Below are positions 15,718 through 25,257 of a stretch of DNA of 64,000 nt, piece after piece; the first letter of the stretch is position 1; each line of letters begins with the position of its first letter. This stretch comes from Clostridia bacterium (GTDB taxonomy: Bacteria > Bacillota > Clostridia > Oscillospirales > CAG-272): the NCBI GenBank assembly GCA_017451915.1, contig JAFTNJ010000031.1:14656-78655 (forward strand). The letters run 5' to 3'. A model generated the notes under the pieces. The model was not told the origin of the DNA and made no database searches. It was given only the letters and a program-made list of their open reading frames with translations. The position numbers and the translations under genes were made by a program.

Positions 15718-18700
15718 TCCCTTTTCGTGACCGATTTCCATATATTTTTCAAATATTTTGTGAATGAGGGTCAGAGGGGTGTCGCCCTTTTGCAACCGCA
15801 GGCAGAGGTGCATATCTCCCGACATTAGGATGCGGAGCTTGCCGGGGTAGAGCTCCGAGATCTGAGACCAGGCGTCAAAGTCGATTTTTTGCGGATAGAT
15901 GTGGATCTCGTTGCCATCCTGGCGCACCGCGGTGATGCGGCACTTGACAGCGGTGGAATGGATCAGGGCAATTTGCAAGAGGTTTTGCGTTGCCGCGGGA
16001 AGCTCGCCAAAGCGATCCAGGAGCTCGTCGGTCACGTCCGAGAGATCCTCCTCCGTGGCAATCAAGGCGATCTTTTTGTAAAGCGCCATGCGCTGGGCGG
16101 GGTAGGGGACGTATTTTTCGGGGAGGAAGGCGTCAAAGTTGAGGGAAACGGCACATTCCACCTCGGGCTCGCTGCTCTCGCCCTTTTCCTCCAGCACGGC
16201 GCGGTTGAGGAGCTTGATATAAAGATCGTAGCCAATGGCATCCAGATGTCCGTGCTGCTCGGCACCGAGAATGTTGCCGGCACCGCGGATCTCCATATCC
16301 CGTAGCGCGATCTTGAAGCCCGCGCCAAATTCGGCGTATTCCCGAATGGCCTCCAGACGCTTTTGAGCGATCTCGGGGATGGCACGGTAGGCGGGAAAGG
16401 TGAAATAGGCGTAGGCGCGGCGGGAGGAACGACCGATGCGGCCGCGGATCTGGTGGAGCTGGGAGAGGCCCAGCTTGTGGGCGTTGGAAACGATGAGGGT
16501 GTTGGCGTTGGGAATGTCCACGCCGGTCTCAATGATGGTGGTGCAGACCAGGATGTCGATCTCTCCGGCCAGCATCTGCTCCCAGATCTTTTCCAGCTCG
16601 TCCTTGTCCATTTTTCCGTGGGCCACGGTGATGCGTGCCTCGGGGACGGCGGCGGAAAGACGGGCAGCAAGGCTGTTGATGGTTTCCACCGAGTTGTGCA
16701 GGTAAAAGACCTGTCCGCCCCGACGGAGCTCCCGACGAATGGCCTCCTCAATGATCAATCCATCCTCCTCCAGCACGTAGGTCTGAATGGGCAGACGGTC
16801 CCCGGGGGCATCGTCCAGGATCGAAATATCCCGGATGCCTCCCATGGCCATGTTCAGGGTGCGGGGAATGGGGGTGGCCGAAAGAGAAAGCACGTCTACG
16901 CCGTCGCAGATCTGCTTCAGCTTCTCCTTTTGCGCTACGCCAAAGCGTTGCTCCTCATCCACGATCACCAGTCCCAGATCGTGGAACCGAATGTCCTTGG
17001 AGAGCAGACGGTGGGTTCCCACAATAATATCAACCTCGCCTCGCTCCAGGCGGCGCAGCGTCAGAGCCTGCTGCTTGGGAGTGCGGAAACGGGAGAGCAT
17101 ATCCACGTTGACGGCAAAGGAGCGCATACGGCTGAGGATGGTTTGATAATGCTGGAGTGCCAGGAGGGTGGTGGGAACCAGAATGGCCACCTGCTTTCCG
17201 CCCAAAACGGCCTTGTAGGCGGCGCGGAGGGCGACCTCGGTTTTTCCGTAGCCCACGTCGCCGCAAAGCAGACGGTCCATGGGAACGGCGCGCATCATGT
17301 CGCTCTTGATCTCGTTGACGGCCGAGAGCTGACTCTCGGTCTCCTCATATTCAAAGGCGTCCTCAAAGGCCTTTTGGTAGGTATCGTCGGCGGGGAAGAC
17401 GTGGCCCGGGCGGCGTAACCGCTCGGCGTAGAGCTGGATCAGCTCCTTGGCCATATCCTTGACCGCCGCCTTGGCCCGCGCCTTGGATTTCTTCCAGGAG
17501 TCGCTTCCCATTTTGGAGAGCTTTACCAGGCCGTCATCGGAGTGGGCACCAATATATTTGGATACCTTATCCAGCTTCTCCACGGGCAAAAAGAGCTTGT
17601 CACTGCCCGCGTAGCGGATGCCGATATAGTCTCTTGTCACACCGTCACAGGTCAGGGTCTCAATGCCGGTGTACTGGCCAATACCGTAGGTCTCGTGCAC
17701 CACGTAGTCCCCCACCTCCAGCTCGGCGTAGGAGAGAATGCTCTTGGTGTTCTTTTTTTTCTTTTTTCGCAGGGCTCCCTTGGAGGACAGGGAAAGACTT
17801 CCTCCGTGGCTTTCGGGGTTGACCGAGAGCACCGCGATCTTGGGAACCATCAGCTCAAAGCCAGGCATGGTTTCCTTGGAGAGCAGGGTTACGGCCCCGC
17901 GGCCGTCGGGCTCCAGAAGCTGCTCCTCGCTTTGAAGAACAAAGCCCTGTTCCCGCAATCTGCCGTCCAGCAAACGGGAGGCGGCGTCATTTTCGGTCAG
18001 AACCACGCAACGGTAGCCACTCTGCACGTAATTTTGCAGATCCTCCAGGAAGAGCTCCTCGTTGTCGGCGTAGGACACGGTATGACGGGTGCGGAATCCG
18101 AAGAGCCCCGCCAGGCGGTGGTCGGTGGCCTTGTAGGCAATGGAATCGGCGTGAAGCGAGACGTTGACGTCATAGAAGAGCTCCAACGCCGTATTGGGCT
18201 TGGCGTAATCGGTGTATTTCGAGGCGATGGTACCTCCCTCCAACAGCTCCACCACCGTTTGATCCAAATGCCAGCGAGAGGCCTGGAGACGGTCGTGAAT
18301 GGCGTTGGTGCCTCGCAGGATCACCAAATGCGTTTCGTCAAAATAATCCAGCAGGGAGGTGCGCTCGGGATAGACCAGAGTAATGTATTTGTCAAGGAAG
18401 TGGATGCTTCCACCATGCTCCCGTGCGTTGTCCACGGCGTGGGCTTCCTTGATCAGCTCCTCACAGATGCGCTCGTCGTGGGTCTGCCGCAGCTGCAGGG
18501 AAATGGCTTTTTTCAGCTTTTCTAAAACCTCGGCATTGGCAAGCAGCTCCCGCGCGGGTGCAAAGGAGGCTGCCACCACGTCCTGCGTCATGCGCTGGGT
18601 GTCGGGCTCGAACAGCCCCATGCGGTCGATCTCGTCGCCAAAAAGCTCAATGCGCAGCGCGTGCGCACCGGTGGTCTCGCCGCCATCGCTGTCCAGAAAC

Positions 18701-19284
18701 CGTCCGTTGGGAGGGAAGATGTCGATGATCCCGCCACGCAGGGCAAACTGCCCGGGACTGTCCACCAGATCCACCCGGGAGTATCCGCAATCCAACAGCC
18801 GTGCCGAAAGCTCCTTGGGATGGAGCAGATCGGTGTCGGAGATGACGATGGAGGCCTCCTGCAACCGCTTGGGGGGAATGGTGTATCCCAGCGCGGCGTC
18901 GGGGGTGGTGACCACGGCGTCATAGACTCCTCCAAGGATTCCGGACAGCACGTGAAGCCTCTCATGCTCGTACTCATGGGAGGCGGTGATGTTATAAAAG
19001 GTGAGGTCCCTGGCCATAAAGAAGCCGGCGCGCAGGCCAAAGCGTTCCAGAGAGGCGCAGAGGCGAACGCAATCTTTTTCCTCGGGGCAAAGGATCAGGG
19101 CGCAACGGTTTTTGCGTGCTTTGCGGCTATCCTCCAGGAGGGCCGCCAAAAAGACCTCGGTGGCACCGTCGCACAGGCCAGAGGCCACAATGGGCAGAGG
19201 CTTGGCGGCAAAATCCCGTTCCAGGACCCGCAACAACTGGCGATACTCGGTGTCCAGCCGAATGGTTTGGGTAAGAATGCTCAT
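15715..19284 (-). CDS. mfd: Transcription-repair coupling factor
   Basis: 1189 aa with a UvrB-like N-terminus, a CarD/RID region, DEAD/DEAH helicase motifs (GDVGYGKTEVA, DEEQRFG) and a TRCF C-terminus. Confidence 0.95.
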   Translation of the reverse strand: MSILTQTIRLDTEYRQLLRVLERDFAAKPLPIVASGLCDGATEVFLAALLEDSRKARKNRCALILCPEEKDCVRLCASLERFGLRAGFFMARDLTFYNITASHEYEHERLHVLSGILGGVYDAVVTTPDAALGYTIPPKRLQEASIVISDTDLLHPKELSARLLDCGYSRVDLVDSPGQFALRGGIIDIFPPNGRFLDSDGGETTGAHALRIELFGDEIDRMGLFEPDTQRMTQDVVAASFAPARELLANAEVLEKLKKAISLQLRQTHDERICEELIKEAHAVDNAREHGGSIHFLDKYITLVYPERTSLLDYFDETHLVILRGTNAIHDRLQASRWHLDQTVVELLEGGTIASKYTDYAKPNTALELFYDVNVSLHADSIAYKATDHRLAGLFGFRTRHTVSYADNEELFLEDLQNYVQSGYRCVVLTENDAASRLLDGRLREQGFVLQSEEQLLEPDGRGAVTLLSKETMPGFELMVPKIAVLSVNPESHGGSLSLSSKGALRKKKKKNTKSILSYAELEVGDYVVHETYGIGQYTGIETLTCDGVTRDYIGIRYAGSDKLFLPVEKLDKVSKYIGAHSDDGLVKLSKMGSDSWKKSKARAKAAVKDMAKELIQLYAERLRRPGHVFPADDTYQKAFEDAFEYEETESQLSAVNEIKSDMMRAVPMDRLLCGDVGYGKTEVALRAAYKAVLGGKQVAILVPTTLLALQHYQTILSRMRSFAVNVDMLSRFRTPKQQALTLRRLERGEVDIIVGTHRLLSKDIRFHDLGLVIVDEEQRFGVAQKEKLKQICDGVDVLSLSATPIPRTLNMAMGGIRDISILDDAPGDRLPIQTYVLEEDGLIIEEAIRRELRRGGQVFYLHNSVETINSLAARLSAAVPEARITVAHGKMDKDELEKIWEQMLAGEIDILVCTTIIETGVDIPNANTLIVSNAHKLGLSQLHQIRGRIGRSSRRAYAYFTFPAYRAIPEIAQKRLEAIREYAEFGAGFKIALRDMEIRGAGNILGAEQHGHLDAIGYDLYIKLLNRAVLEEKGESSEPEVECAVSLNFDAFLPEKYVPYPAQRMALYKKIALIATEEDLSDVTDELLDRFGELPAATQNLLQIALIHSTAVKCRITAVRQDGNEIHIYPQKIDFDAWSQISELYPGKLRILMSGDMHLCLRLQKGDTPLTLIHKIFEKYMEIGHEKG

Positions 19285-19289
19285 GGGGA

Positions 19290-19937
19290 TCAGAGCTCCG
19301 TGGGAATATGGGAATTGCAGATCTGCATGGCTCCTTCCGCGTCGCCCTGCAGGATCTTCTCAAGACCCTGCCACGCGCAGTCAAAGCAGCCCTGCAGCAG
19401 TGCCAGGTCCTTGGGAGGGAAGTTGGAGAGCACCCAATCGGCCAGATCGTAGTCGGGGTGGGGCTTTTCTCCCACGCCCATGCGAAGACGGGGAATGGCG
19501 TCGGTGCCCATGCAGGTGATGATGTCCTTCAAGCCCTTCTGTCCTCCCGCGCTTCCCTTGGTGCGAAAGCGCATCTTGCCGGGGGCCTGGGCAATGTCGT
19601 CCGAGATCACCAGAATGTGGTCGGGGGCGATCTTGTAAAAGGCGGCGGCCTCCTGCACGGCGGCACCCGAGGCGTTCATCAGAGTCTGGGGCTTCATCAA
19701 CAGCACCCGATGCCCAAAGACCGTGGCCTCGGCGCAAAGGGATTGGAACTTTGCGCGGTGGATGCGTACGCCTGCTCGATCGGCAATGCTGTCAATGGTC
19801 AAAAAGCCGGCGTTGTGGCGGGTCAGGCGGTATTTGTCGCCGGGGTTGCCAAGACCTGCGATGATCCAGGTAATGGGGGCACTTGCGGAATCCTCCTTTT
19901 TTGCGATCTGCTTAAAGAGGTCAAAAATATCTGCCAT
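19290..19937 (-). CDS. pth: Peptidyl-tRNA hydrolase
   Basis: The motif IIAGLGNPG..Y..TRHNAGF is present. It lies immediately upstream of mfd. Confidence 0.9.
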   Translation of the reverse strand: MADIFDLFKQIAKKEDSASAPITWIIAGLGNPGDKYRLTRHNAGFLTIDSIADRAGVRIHRAKFQSLCAEATVFGHRVLLMKPQTLMNASGAAVQEAAAFYKIAPDHILVISDDIAQAPGKMRFRTKGSAGGQKGLKDIITCMGTDAIPRLRMGVGEKPHPDYDLADWVLSNFPPKDLALLQGCFDCAWQGLEKILQGDAEGAMQICNSHIPTEL

Positions 19938-20047
19938 GGAATCGTCCTTTCTGTTTTCCGCCGTCGGGCCGAGGCGGAAAACGGCAAAACGCGCCCGATC
20001 CGTGAAGGACCGACCGCATCGTGGAATAATCGTTTGTTTGTGCCATT

Positions 20048-20076
20048 ATTATACTATAAAAAAAGGGAAGTGTCAA
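20048..20076 (-). promoter_or_regulatory. pth-mfd promoter
   Basis: TTGACA-N17-TATAAT. A 10-bp GC hairpin at 19953-19982 lies in the ~105-nt leader. Confidence 0.75.
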
Positions 20077-20150
20077 ACCCTTTTTGGGGGCTTTGTGACC
20101 TGTTCACAAAAAATTTACAGAAAAAAGTGATATTATGTTGAACAAAACTA

Positions 20151-20179
20151 TGGAAAAATGGAAAAAAATATGATATAAT
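20151..20179 (+). promoter_or_regulatory. ppdK promoter
   Basis: TGGAAA-N17-(TGa)TATAAT. Confidence 0.5.
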
Positions 20180-20277
20180 GACCTGTATTGTAAATGTCGA
20201 ATCCGGGCGGTGATCCCAAACGGGGACTTTCGGCAGTGTCAAACAATTTAATTCTTATATATGGAGGATTACTAAAC

Positions 20278-22902
20278 ATGGCAAAGAAGTATTGCTACCT
20301 GTTTTCCGAGGGCGACGCATCCATGCGTGAGCTGCTCGGCGGTAAAGGCGCTAACCTGGCAGAGATGACCAAGATCGGTCTCCCCGTTCCCCAGGGCTTT
20401 ACCATTTCCACCGAGGCCTGCACTCAGTACTATGAGGATGGCAGACAGATCAACGCCGACATCATGGCAGAGATCATGGAGTACATTGTAAAGATGGAAG
20501 AGGTTACCGGCAAGAAGTTCGGCGACCTGGAGAACCCCCTGCTGGTATCGGTTCGTTCCGGTGCTCGCGCATCCATGCCCGGTATGATGGATACCATCCT
20601 GAACCTGGGTCTGAACGAGGATGTTGTTGAGGTTATGGCTAAGAAGTCCGGCAATGCTCGTTGGGCATACGACTGCTACCGTAGATTTATTCAGATGTAC
20701 TCCGACGTCGTTATGGAAGTTGGTAAGAAGTACTTTGAAGAGCTCATCGACAAGATGAAGGAAGAGAAGGGCGTTAAGCTCGACGTTGAACTGACCGCTG
20801 AGGACCTCAAGGAGCTGGCAAACCAGTTCAAGGCTGAGTACAAGGCAAAGATCGGTTCCGATTTCCCCTCCGATCCCAAGGAGCAGCTCATCGGTGCGGT
20901 TAAGGCCGTATTCCGTTCTTGGGACAACCCCCGCGCAAACGTATACCGTCGTGACAACGATATTCCCTACTCTTGGGGTACCGCTGTAAACGTACAGGCT
21001 ATGGCATTTGGTAACATGGGTGACAACTGCGGCACCGGTGTTGCATTCACCCGTGATCCCGCTACCGGCGAGAAGAAGCTGATGGGTGAGTTCCTGACCA
21101 ACGCACAGGGTGAGGACGTTGTTGCAGGCGTTCGTACTCCCATGCCCATCGCAGAGATGGCTAACAAGTTCCCCGCAGCTTTCGAGCAGTTCGTAAAGGT
21201 TTGCGAGATCCTCGAGAACCACTACCACGATATGCAGGATATGGAGTTCACCATTGAGAACGAGAAGCTCTACATGCTCCAGACCCGTAACGGTAAGAGA
21301 ACCGCTCCCGCAGCTCTCCAGATCGCTGTTGACCTCGTAAAAGAGGGTCACAAGACCAAGGAAGAGGCTGTTCTGATGATCGATCCCCGTAACCTTGACA
21401 CCCTGCTGCATCCCCAGTTCGATGCAAAGGCTCTCAAGGCTGCTACTCCCATTGGCCGCGGTCTGGGCGCATCTCCCGGTGCTGCTTGCGGACAGGTTGT
21501 ATTCTCCGCTGAGGATGCAGAGGCTTGGAAGGAAGCCGGCAAGAAGGTAGTTCTGGTTCGTCTGGAGACCTCTCCCGAGGACATTACCGGTATGAAGGCC
21601 GCTCAGGGTATCCTGACCGTTCGTGGCGGTATGACCTCTCACGCAGCCGTTGTTGCCCGTGGTATGGGTAAGTGCTGCGTTTCCGGTTGCGGCGAGATCG
21701 CAATGGACGAGGAGAACAAGCAGTTCACTCTGGCAGGCAAGACCTACCACGAGGGTGATTGCATCTCCATCGACGGCTCCACCGGTAAGATTTACGACGG
21801 TCTGATTCCCACCGTTGACGCAGAGATTTCCGGTAACTTCGGCATCATCATGGGATGGGCTGACGAGTGCCGTAAGCTGAAGGTTCGTACCAACGCTGAT
21901 ACTCCCGCAGACGCTAAGAAGGCTCGCGAGCTGGGCGCTGAGGGTATCGGTCTGTGCCGTACCGAGCATATGTTCTTCGAGGCAGACAGAATCGCCGCAT
22001 TCCGCGAAATGATCTGCTCCGATACCGCTGCTGAAAGAGAAGCAGCTCTGGCTAAGATCCTGCCTTACCAGCAGGGCGACTTCGAGAAGATCTACGAGGC
22101 TCTGGAAGGCTACCCCGTTTGCATCCGTTTCCTGGATCCTCCTCTCCATGAGTTCGTTCCTACCACCGAGGAAGACATCGCAGCTCTGGCAAAGGCACAG
22201 GGCAAGAGCGTTGAAGGCATCAAGGCAATCATCGCTTCTCTCCACGAGTTCAACCCCATGATGGGTCACCGCGGATGCCGTCTGGCCGTTACCTACCCCG
22301 AGATCGCAAAGATGCAGACCACCGCGGTAATCCGCGCTGCTATCAACGTTCAGAAGGCTCATCCCGAGTGGAACATGAGACCCGAGATCATGATTCCTCT
22401 GGTAGGCGACGTAAAGGAGCTGAAGTACGTGAAGTCCGTAGTTGTTGAGACCGCTAACGCAGAGATCGCCGCAGCCGGTGTTCAGCTGGACTACGAGGTT
22501 GGTACCATGATCGAGATTCCTCGTGCATGCCTGACCGCAGACGAGATCGCTGCTAACGCTGACTTCTTCTGCTTCGGTACCAACGACCTGACCCAGATGA
22601 CCTACGGCTTCTCCCGTGACGACGCAGGTAAGTTCCTGGGCGCATACTACGATGCAAAGATCTTCGAGAACGATCCCTTTGCAAAGCTTGACCAAACCGG
22701 TGTTGGTAAGCTGATGAACATGGCTGTTACCCTTGGTAAGCCTGTAAATCCCAACCTCCACGTTGGTATTTGCGGTGAGCACGGTGGTGACCCCACGTCC
22801 GTAGAGTTCTGCCATACCATTGGTCTGGACTATGTATCTTGTTCTCCCTTCCGTGTTCCGATCGCTCGTCTGGCTGCTGCTCAGGCTGCTCTGAAGGACT
22901 AA
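20278..22902 (+). CDS. ppdK: Pyruvate, phosphate dikinase
   Basis: The product MAKKYCYLFSEG..GGKGANLAEM contains the phospho-His region GGMTSHAAVVARG and a PEP-utilising C-terminus. A GGAGG RBS precedes ATG 20278. Confidence 0.95.
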   Translation: MAKKYCYLFSEGDASMRELLGGKGANLAEMTKIGLPVPQGFTISTEACTQYYEDGRQINADIMAEIMEYIVKMEEVTGKKFGDLENPLLVSVRSGARASMPGMMDTILNLGLNEDVVEVMAKKSGNARWAYDCYRRFIQMYSDVVMEVGKKYFEELIDKMKEEKGVKLDVELTAEDLKELANQFKAEYKAKIGSDFPSDPKEQLIGAVKAVFRSWDNPRANVYRRDNDIPYSWGTAVNVQAMAFGNMGDNCGTGVAFTRDPATGEKKLMGEFLTNAQGEDVVAGVRTPMPIAEMANKFPAAFEQFVKVCEILENHYHDMQDMEFTIENEKLYMLQTRNGKRTAPAALQIAVDLVKEGHKTKEEAVLMIDPRNLDTLLHPQFDAKALKAATPIGRGLGASPGAACGQVVFSAEDAEAWKEAGKKVVLVRLETSPEDITGMKAAQGILTVRGGMTSHAAVVARGMGKCCVSGCGEIAMDEENKQFTLAGKTYHEGDCISIDGSTGKIYDGLIPTVDAEISGNFGIIMGWADECRKLKVRTNADTPADAKKARELGAEGIGLCRTEHMFFEADRIAAFREMICSDTAAEREAALAKILPYQQGDFEKIYEALEGYPVCIRFLDPPLHEFVPTTEEDIAALAKAQGKSVEGIKAIIASLHEFNPMMGHRGCRLAVTYPEIAKMQTTAVIRAAINVQKAHPEWNMRPEIMIPLVGDVKELKYVKSVVVETANAEIAAAGVQLDYEVGTMIEIPRACLTADEIAANADFFCFGTNDLTQMTYGFSRDDAGKFLGAYYDAKIFENDPFAKLDQTGVGKLMNMAVTLGKPVNPNLHVGICGEHGGDPTSVEFCHTIGLDYVSCSPFRVPIARLAAAQAALKD

Positions 22903-22944
22903 TAGAATTGAGAATTTGATCAAAGGATCAAATTGATCATAAAA

Positions 22945-22981
22945 GGGCTGTTACGCGTTTGCGTAACAGCCCGATTTTTTA
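22945..22981 (+). terminator. ppdK terminator
   Basis: GGGCTGTTACGC/GCGTAACAGCCC hairpin followed by T6. Confidence 0.85.
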
Positions 22982-23029
22982 TGTTGGAAAACTTAACCGT
23001 CGGTTGAGTTGAGGTCTCCGTCAACTCTC

Positions 23030-23058
23030 TTTACATAGGCAAAAATGTATGCTATACT
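23030..23058 (+). promoter_or_regulatory. Promoter of the HTH-TPR regulator gene
   Basis: TTTACA-N17-(TGc)TATACT. Confidence 0.55.
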
Positions 23059-23095
23059 GTAGAAAACAAGATCAAATTCACGAAAGGAGCGAGGA

Positions 23096-24250
23096 ATGGG
23101 TATGTCAAAATCCATGGGACAGGTGATTCGACGGTTGCGAAAGGAACGCAATCTTACGCAGGAGGAGCTGGCAAGGCAGTTGAATATCTCGGCACAGTCG
23201 ATCTCCAAATGGGAGAACGATTGCAGTATGCCGGATATCGCGCTGATCGTTCCCCTGGCAACGGTTTTTGGGGTGAGCACCGACGTTTTGTTTGGTATGA
23301 AAAATTGCAACGACGATGAGGAAGTGAACAAGATTGTACGCGCGGCGTGCTCCCACTGGAAGCGTCCCCTGACCCGGGAGCACCTGCTCCAACAGTACAA
23401 CGCTCTGCAGGAGGGCGTCAAGCGCTATCCCAATCACACCGGATTGTTAATGGCTTCGCTGGAGTCGGGGATCGCGCTCTCCTATCCGGAAAACGACGTG
23501 TTTGATCCCGATCACGCGCGAGAAATCTACGAGGAATGTATTCGCCAGGCCAATATCGTCATCTCTTATTCCTCCAACACCACCGACGTGTTGCGGGCGC
23601 ACATGATCCTGGTGCTTCTTCATGCCGCGTATGGGAATTTCAAGCAGGCACGCTTCCATGCGGAAAAATTCCCCCACCGCGCCGATATGAATATTCATTT
23701 GATGCAGGCGTATTGCGCCCATTGGCAAAAGAATTATGCGGCCGAGGCCGCCAACTGTCAAAATGGGATCCTCTATTCGCTCCACGCGGTTCTGGATCTG
23801 TTGGTTCATCTTGCTAAAACCTACCAAATTCGTCAGCAGTACGAGGCCGAGGTGCAAATTCTGGAATATGCCAAGGATCTGGTAACCCTCACGGTAAAAA
23901 ACGAGCCGTCCGTACCTCCCCTGCATTATCTTGAGGCGGGGGATGTGTATCGGTTGCTTGCCGAGGCGCAGCTGCGTTTGGGCAGGGAAGAGGAGGCACT
24001 ATCCAATCTGGAACGCATGGTGCATTACGATGTGGAGGAAATGGAAAGGTTTGCAAAGGATCCCCAATGGAGATCGCCCTTGTTTCGAGACGTAAATCTT
24101 CGGTTCTTTTTCCCATTTCCGTCGGATCCGCTGCAACGGTTGCAAACCAAGCTGACCTCTCCCGGCTTGGCGTCCTTGCGAGAGCATCCTCGGTACCGTG
24201 CCTTGATGGATTCGGTAGAAACCGGAATGAAAAGAAACAAGGAATTATAA
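23096..24250 (+). CDS. XRE-family HTH regulator with a long helical-repeat (TPR-like) C-terminal domain, giving an RNPP-like architecture
   Basis: N-terminal HTH (IRRLRKERNLTQEELARQLNISAQSISKWEN) followed by ~300 aa of helical repeats. Confidence 0.7.
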   Translation: MGMSKSMGQVIRRLRKERNLTQEELARQLNISAQSISKWENDCSMPDIALIVPLATVFGVSTDVLFGMKNCNDDEEVNKIVRAACSHWKRPLTREHLLQQYNALQEGVKRYPNHTGLLMASLESGIALSYPENDVFDPDHAREIYEECIRQANIVISYSSNTTDVLRAHMILVLLHAAYGNFKQARFHAEKFPHRADMNIHLMQAYCAHWQKNYAAEAANCQNGILYSLHAVLDLLVHLAKTYQIRQQYEAEVQILEYAKDLVTLTVKNEPSVPPLHYLEAGDVYRLLAEAQLRLGREEEALSNLERMVHYDVEEMERFAKDPQWRSPLFRDVNLRFFFPFPSDPLQRLQTKLTSPGLASLREHPRYRALMDSVETGMKRNKEL

Positions 24251-24316
24251 AAAACGTCTTGGAACGGTCTGTACGGCCGAGCGCATCCAAAATGGTGAGA
24301 ATTTTTGCTGTTTTTC

Positions 24317-24345
24317 TTGACATGGGTTGCACTTTCTGCTATAAT
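24317..24345 (+). promoter_or_regulatory. Consensus promoter of the 64-aa ORF
   Basis: TTGACA-N17-(TGc)TATAAT. Confidence 0.75.
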
Positions 24346-24393
24346 AAAACCGAGGAGATTCCTTAACAACCGCAGATCGGATGGGAGGACGTT

Positions 24394-24588
24394 ATGAAAC
24401 TGTTTCAGAAGCTTTTTGGCAAACGGAAAAAGAAGAAAAAGGAAGAAGCGCCGCAGTGCTGGTACAATAATTTTCACGAGCAAGAAAGAGACCGTTGGGT
24501 AGAGCCCACGGTTGAAGGGGGCGCATTGTGCAGTCCCAATCAAGGGGATTTTAACGCCGCACAGCAGATCTCGAACAATCAAGGATAA
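24394..24588 (+). CDS. Small hypothetical protein of 64 aa with a Lys-rich N-terminus and two Cys
   Basis: A GGGAGG RBS lies 6 nt upstream. The ORF has its own consensus promoter and terminator. Confidence 0.55.
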   Translation: MKLFQKLFGKRKKKKKEEAPQCWYNNFHEQERDRWVEPTVEGGALCSPNQGDFNAAQQISNNQG

Positions 24589-24620
24589 GAACTTTTTGGC
24601 AACGTATGCTTGCCGAATAG

Positions 24621-24657
24621 AAAGGCTCCCGTGATGGCCTCATGGGAGCCTTTCTTA
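24621..24657 (+). terminator. Terminator of the small ORF
   Basis: AAGGCTCCC...GGGAGCCTT hairpin followed by TTCTT. Confidence 0.7.
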
Positions 24658-24685
24658 TAAGTAAAATTCTTTTTTGGGACATCCC

Positions 24686-24714
24686 TTGCAATTCAAGAAA
24701 TTGTATGCTACAAT
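24686..24714 (+). promoter_or_regulatory. Promoter
   Basis: TTGCAA-N17-(TGc)TACAAT. Confidence 0.6.
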
Positions 24715-24744
24715 AATAGCAAGAACAAACGGAGGCGATGGGCA

Positions 24745-25257
24745 ATGAATCAGAGATTAGCGCAAATTGCGGAACGGGAAGCAAAGAAAAATTATCAAGG
24801 AAACTCGGATAGCGGCATGGGGAACCTGTATCCCTTTTTGGAGCTGTTTGCCGATGCCGACGAGGTGACCGAGGAACGCCTGAATTCCGATTGGAGCGGT
24901 GCCTTTGCCTTTTGGTGCGTTCAAAAGGCGGGCTACGGCCTTCCTCTGCGCTATCCCGATACCCGCGTGCACGGTTGCTTTGCCTGGGTCCCCTCCTGGG
25001 TGGAGTACGCGCGGCTCCCCAAGATCCACCTCTGGCACGGAGCCAACGAGCCTATGGAGGTGGGAGATTTGGTGGTCTTTTCCTTCCGTGAAGGGAAACC
25101 GCCCCGTATGGGGATCGTTTTGCACATTCACGGGGACACCATGGACGTGGCGGTGGGGAATCATCACAACCATTCGGCCATTGTGGAGTGTCCCACAGGG
25201 GAGGGGATTCTGGGATTCCTTCGCCTGCCAACCGATGACGGGGAGGAAGGCGTATGA
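24745..25257 (+). CDS. Hypothetical protein with only a weak resemblance to the NlpC/P60- or CHAP-like papain fold
   Basis: A GGAGG RBS precedes it. The VGDLVVF...MGIVLHIHG pattern is present but the catalytic residues are not clear. Confidence 0.45.
   Translation: MNQRLAQIAEREAKKNYQGNSDSGMGNLYPFLELFADADEVTEERLNSDWSGAFAFWCVQKAGYGLPLRYPDTRVHGCFAWVPSWVEYARLPKIHLWHGANEPMEVGDLVVFSFREGKPPRMGIVLHIHGDTMDVAVGNHHNHSAIVECPTGEGILGFLRLPTDDGEEGV

Noticed and set aside
22903-22944. Cluster of three GATC sites within overlapping small palindromes (TTTGATCAAA, GATCAAATTGATC) after ppdK
   Set aside because: The cluster is short and AT-rich and sits just before the terminator. Nothing in the window, such as a methyltransferase or a replication-origin context, gives it a function.
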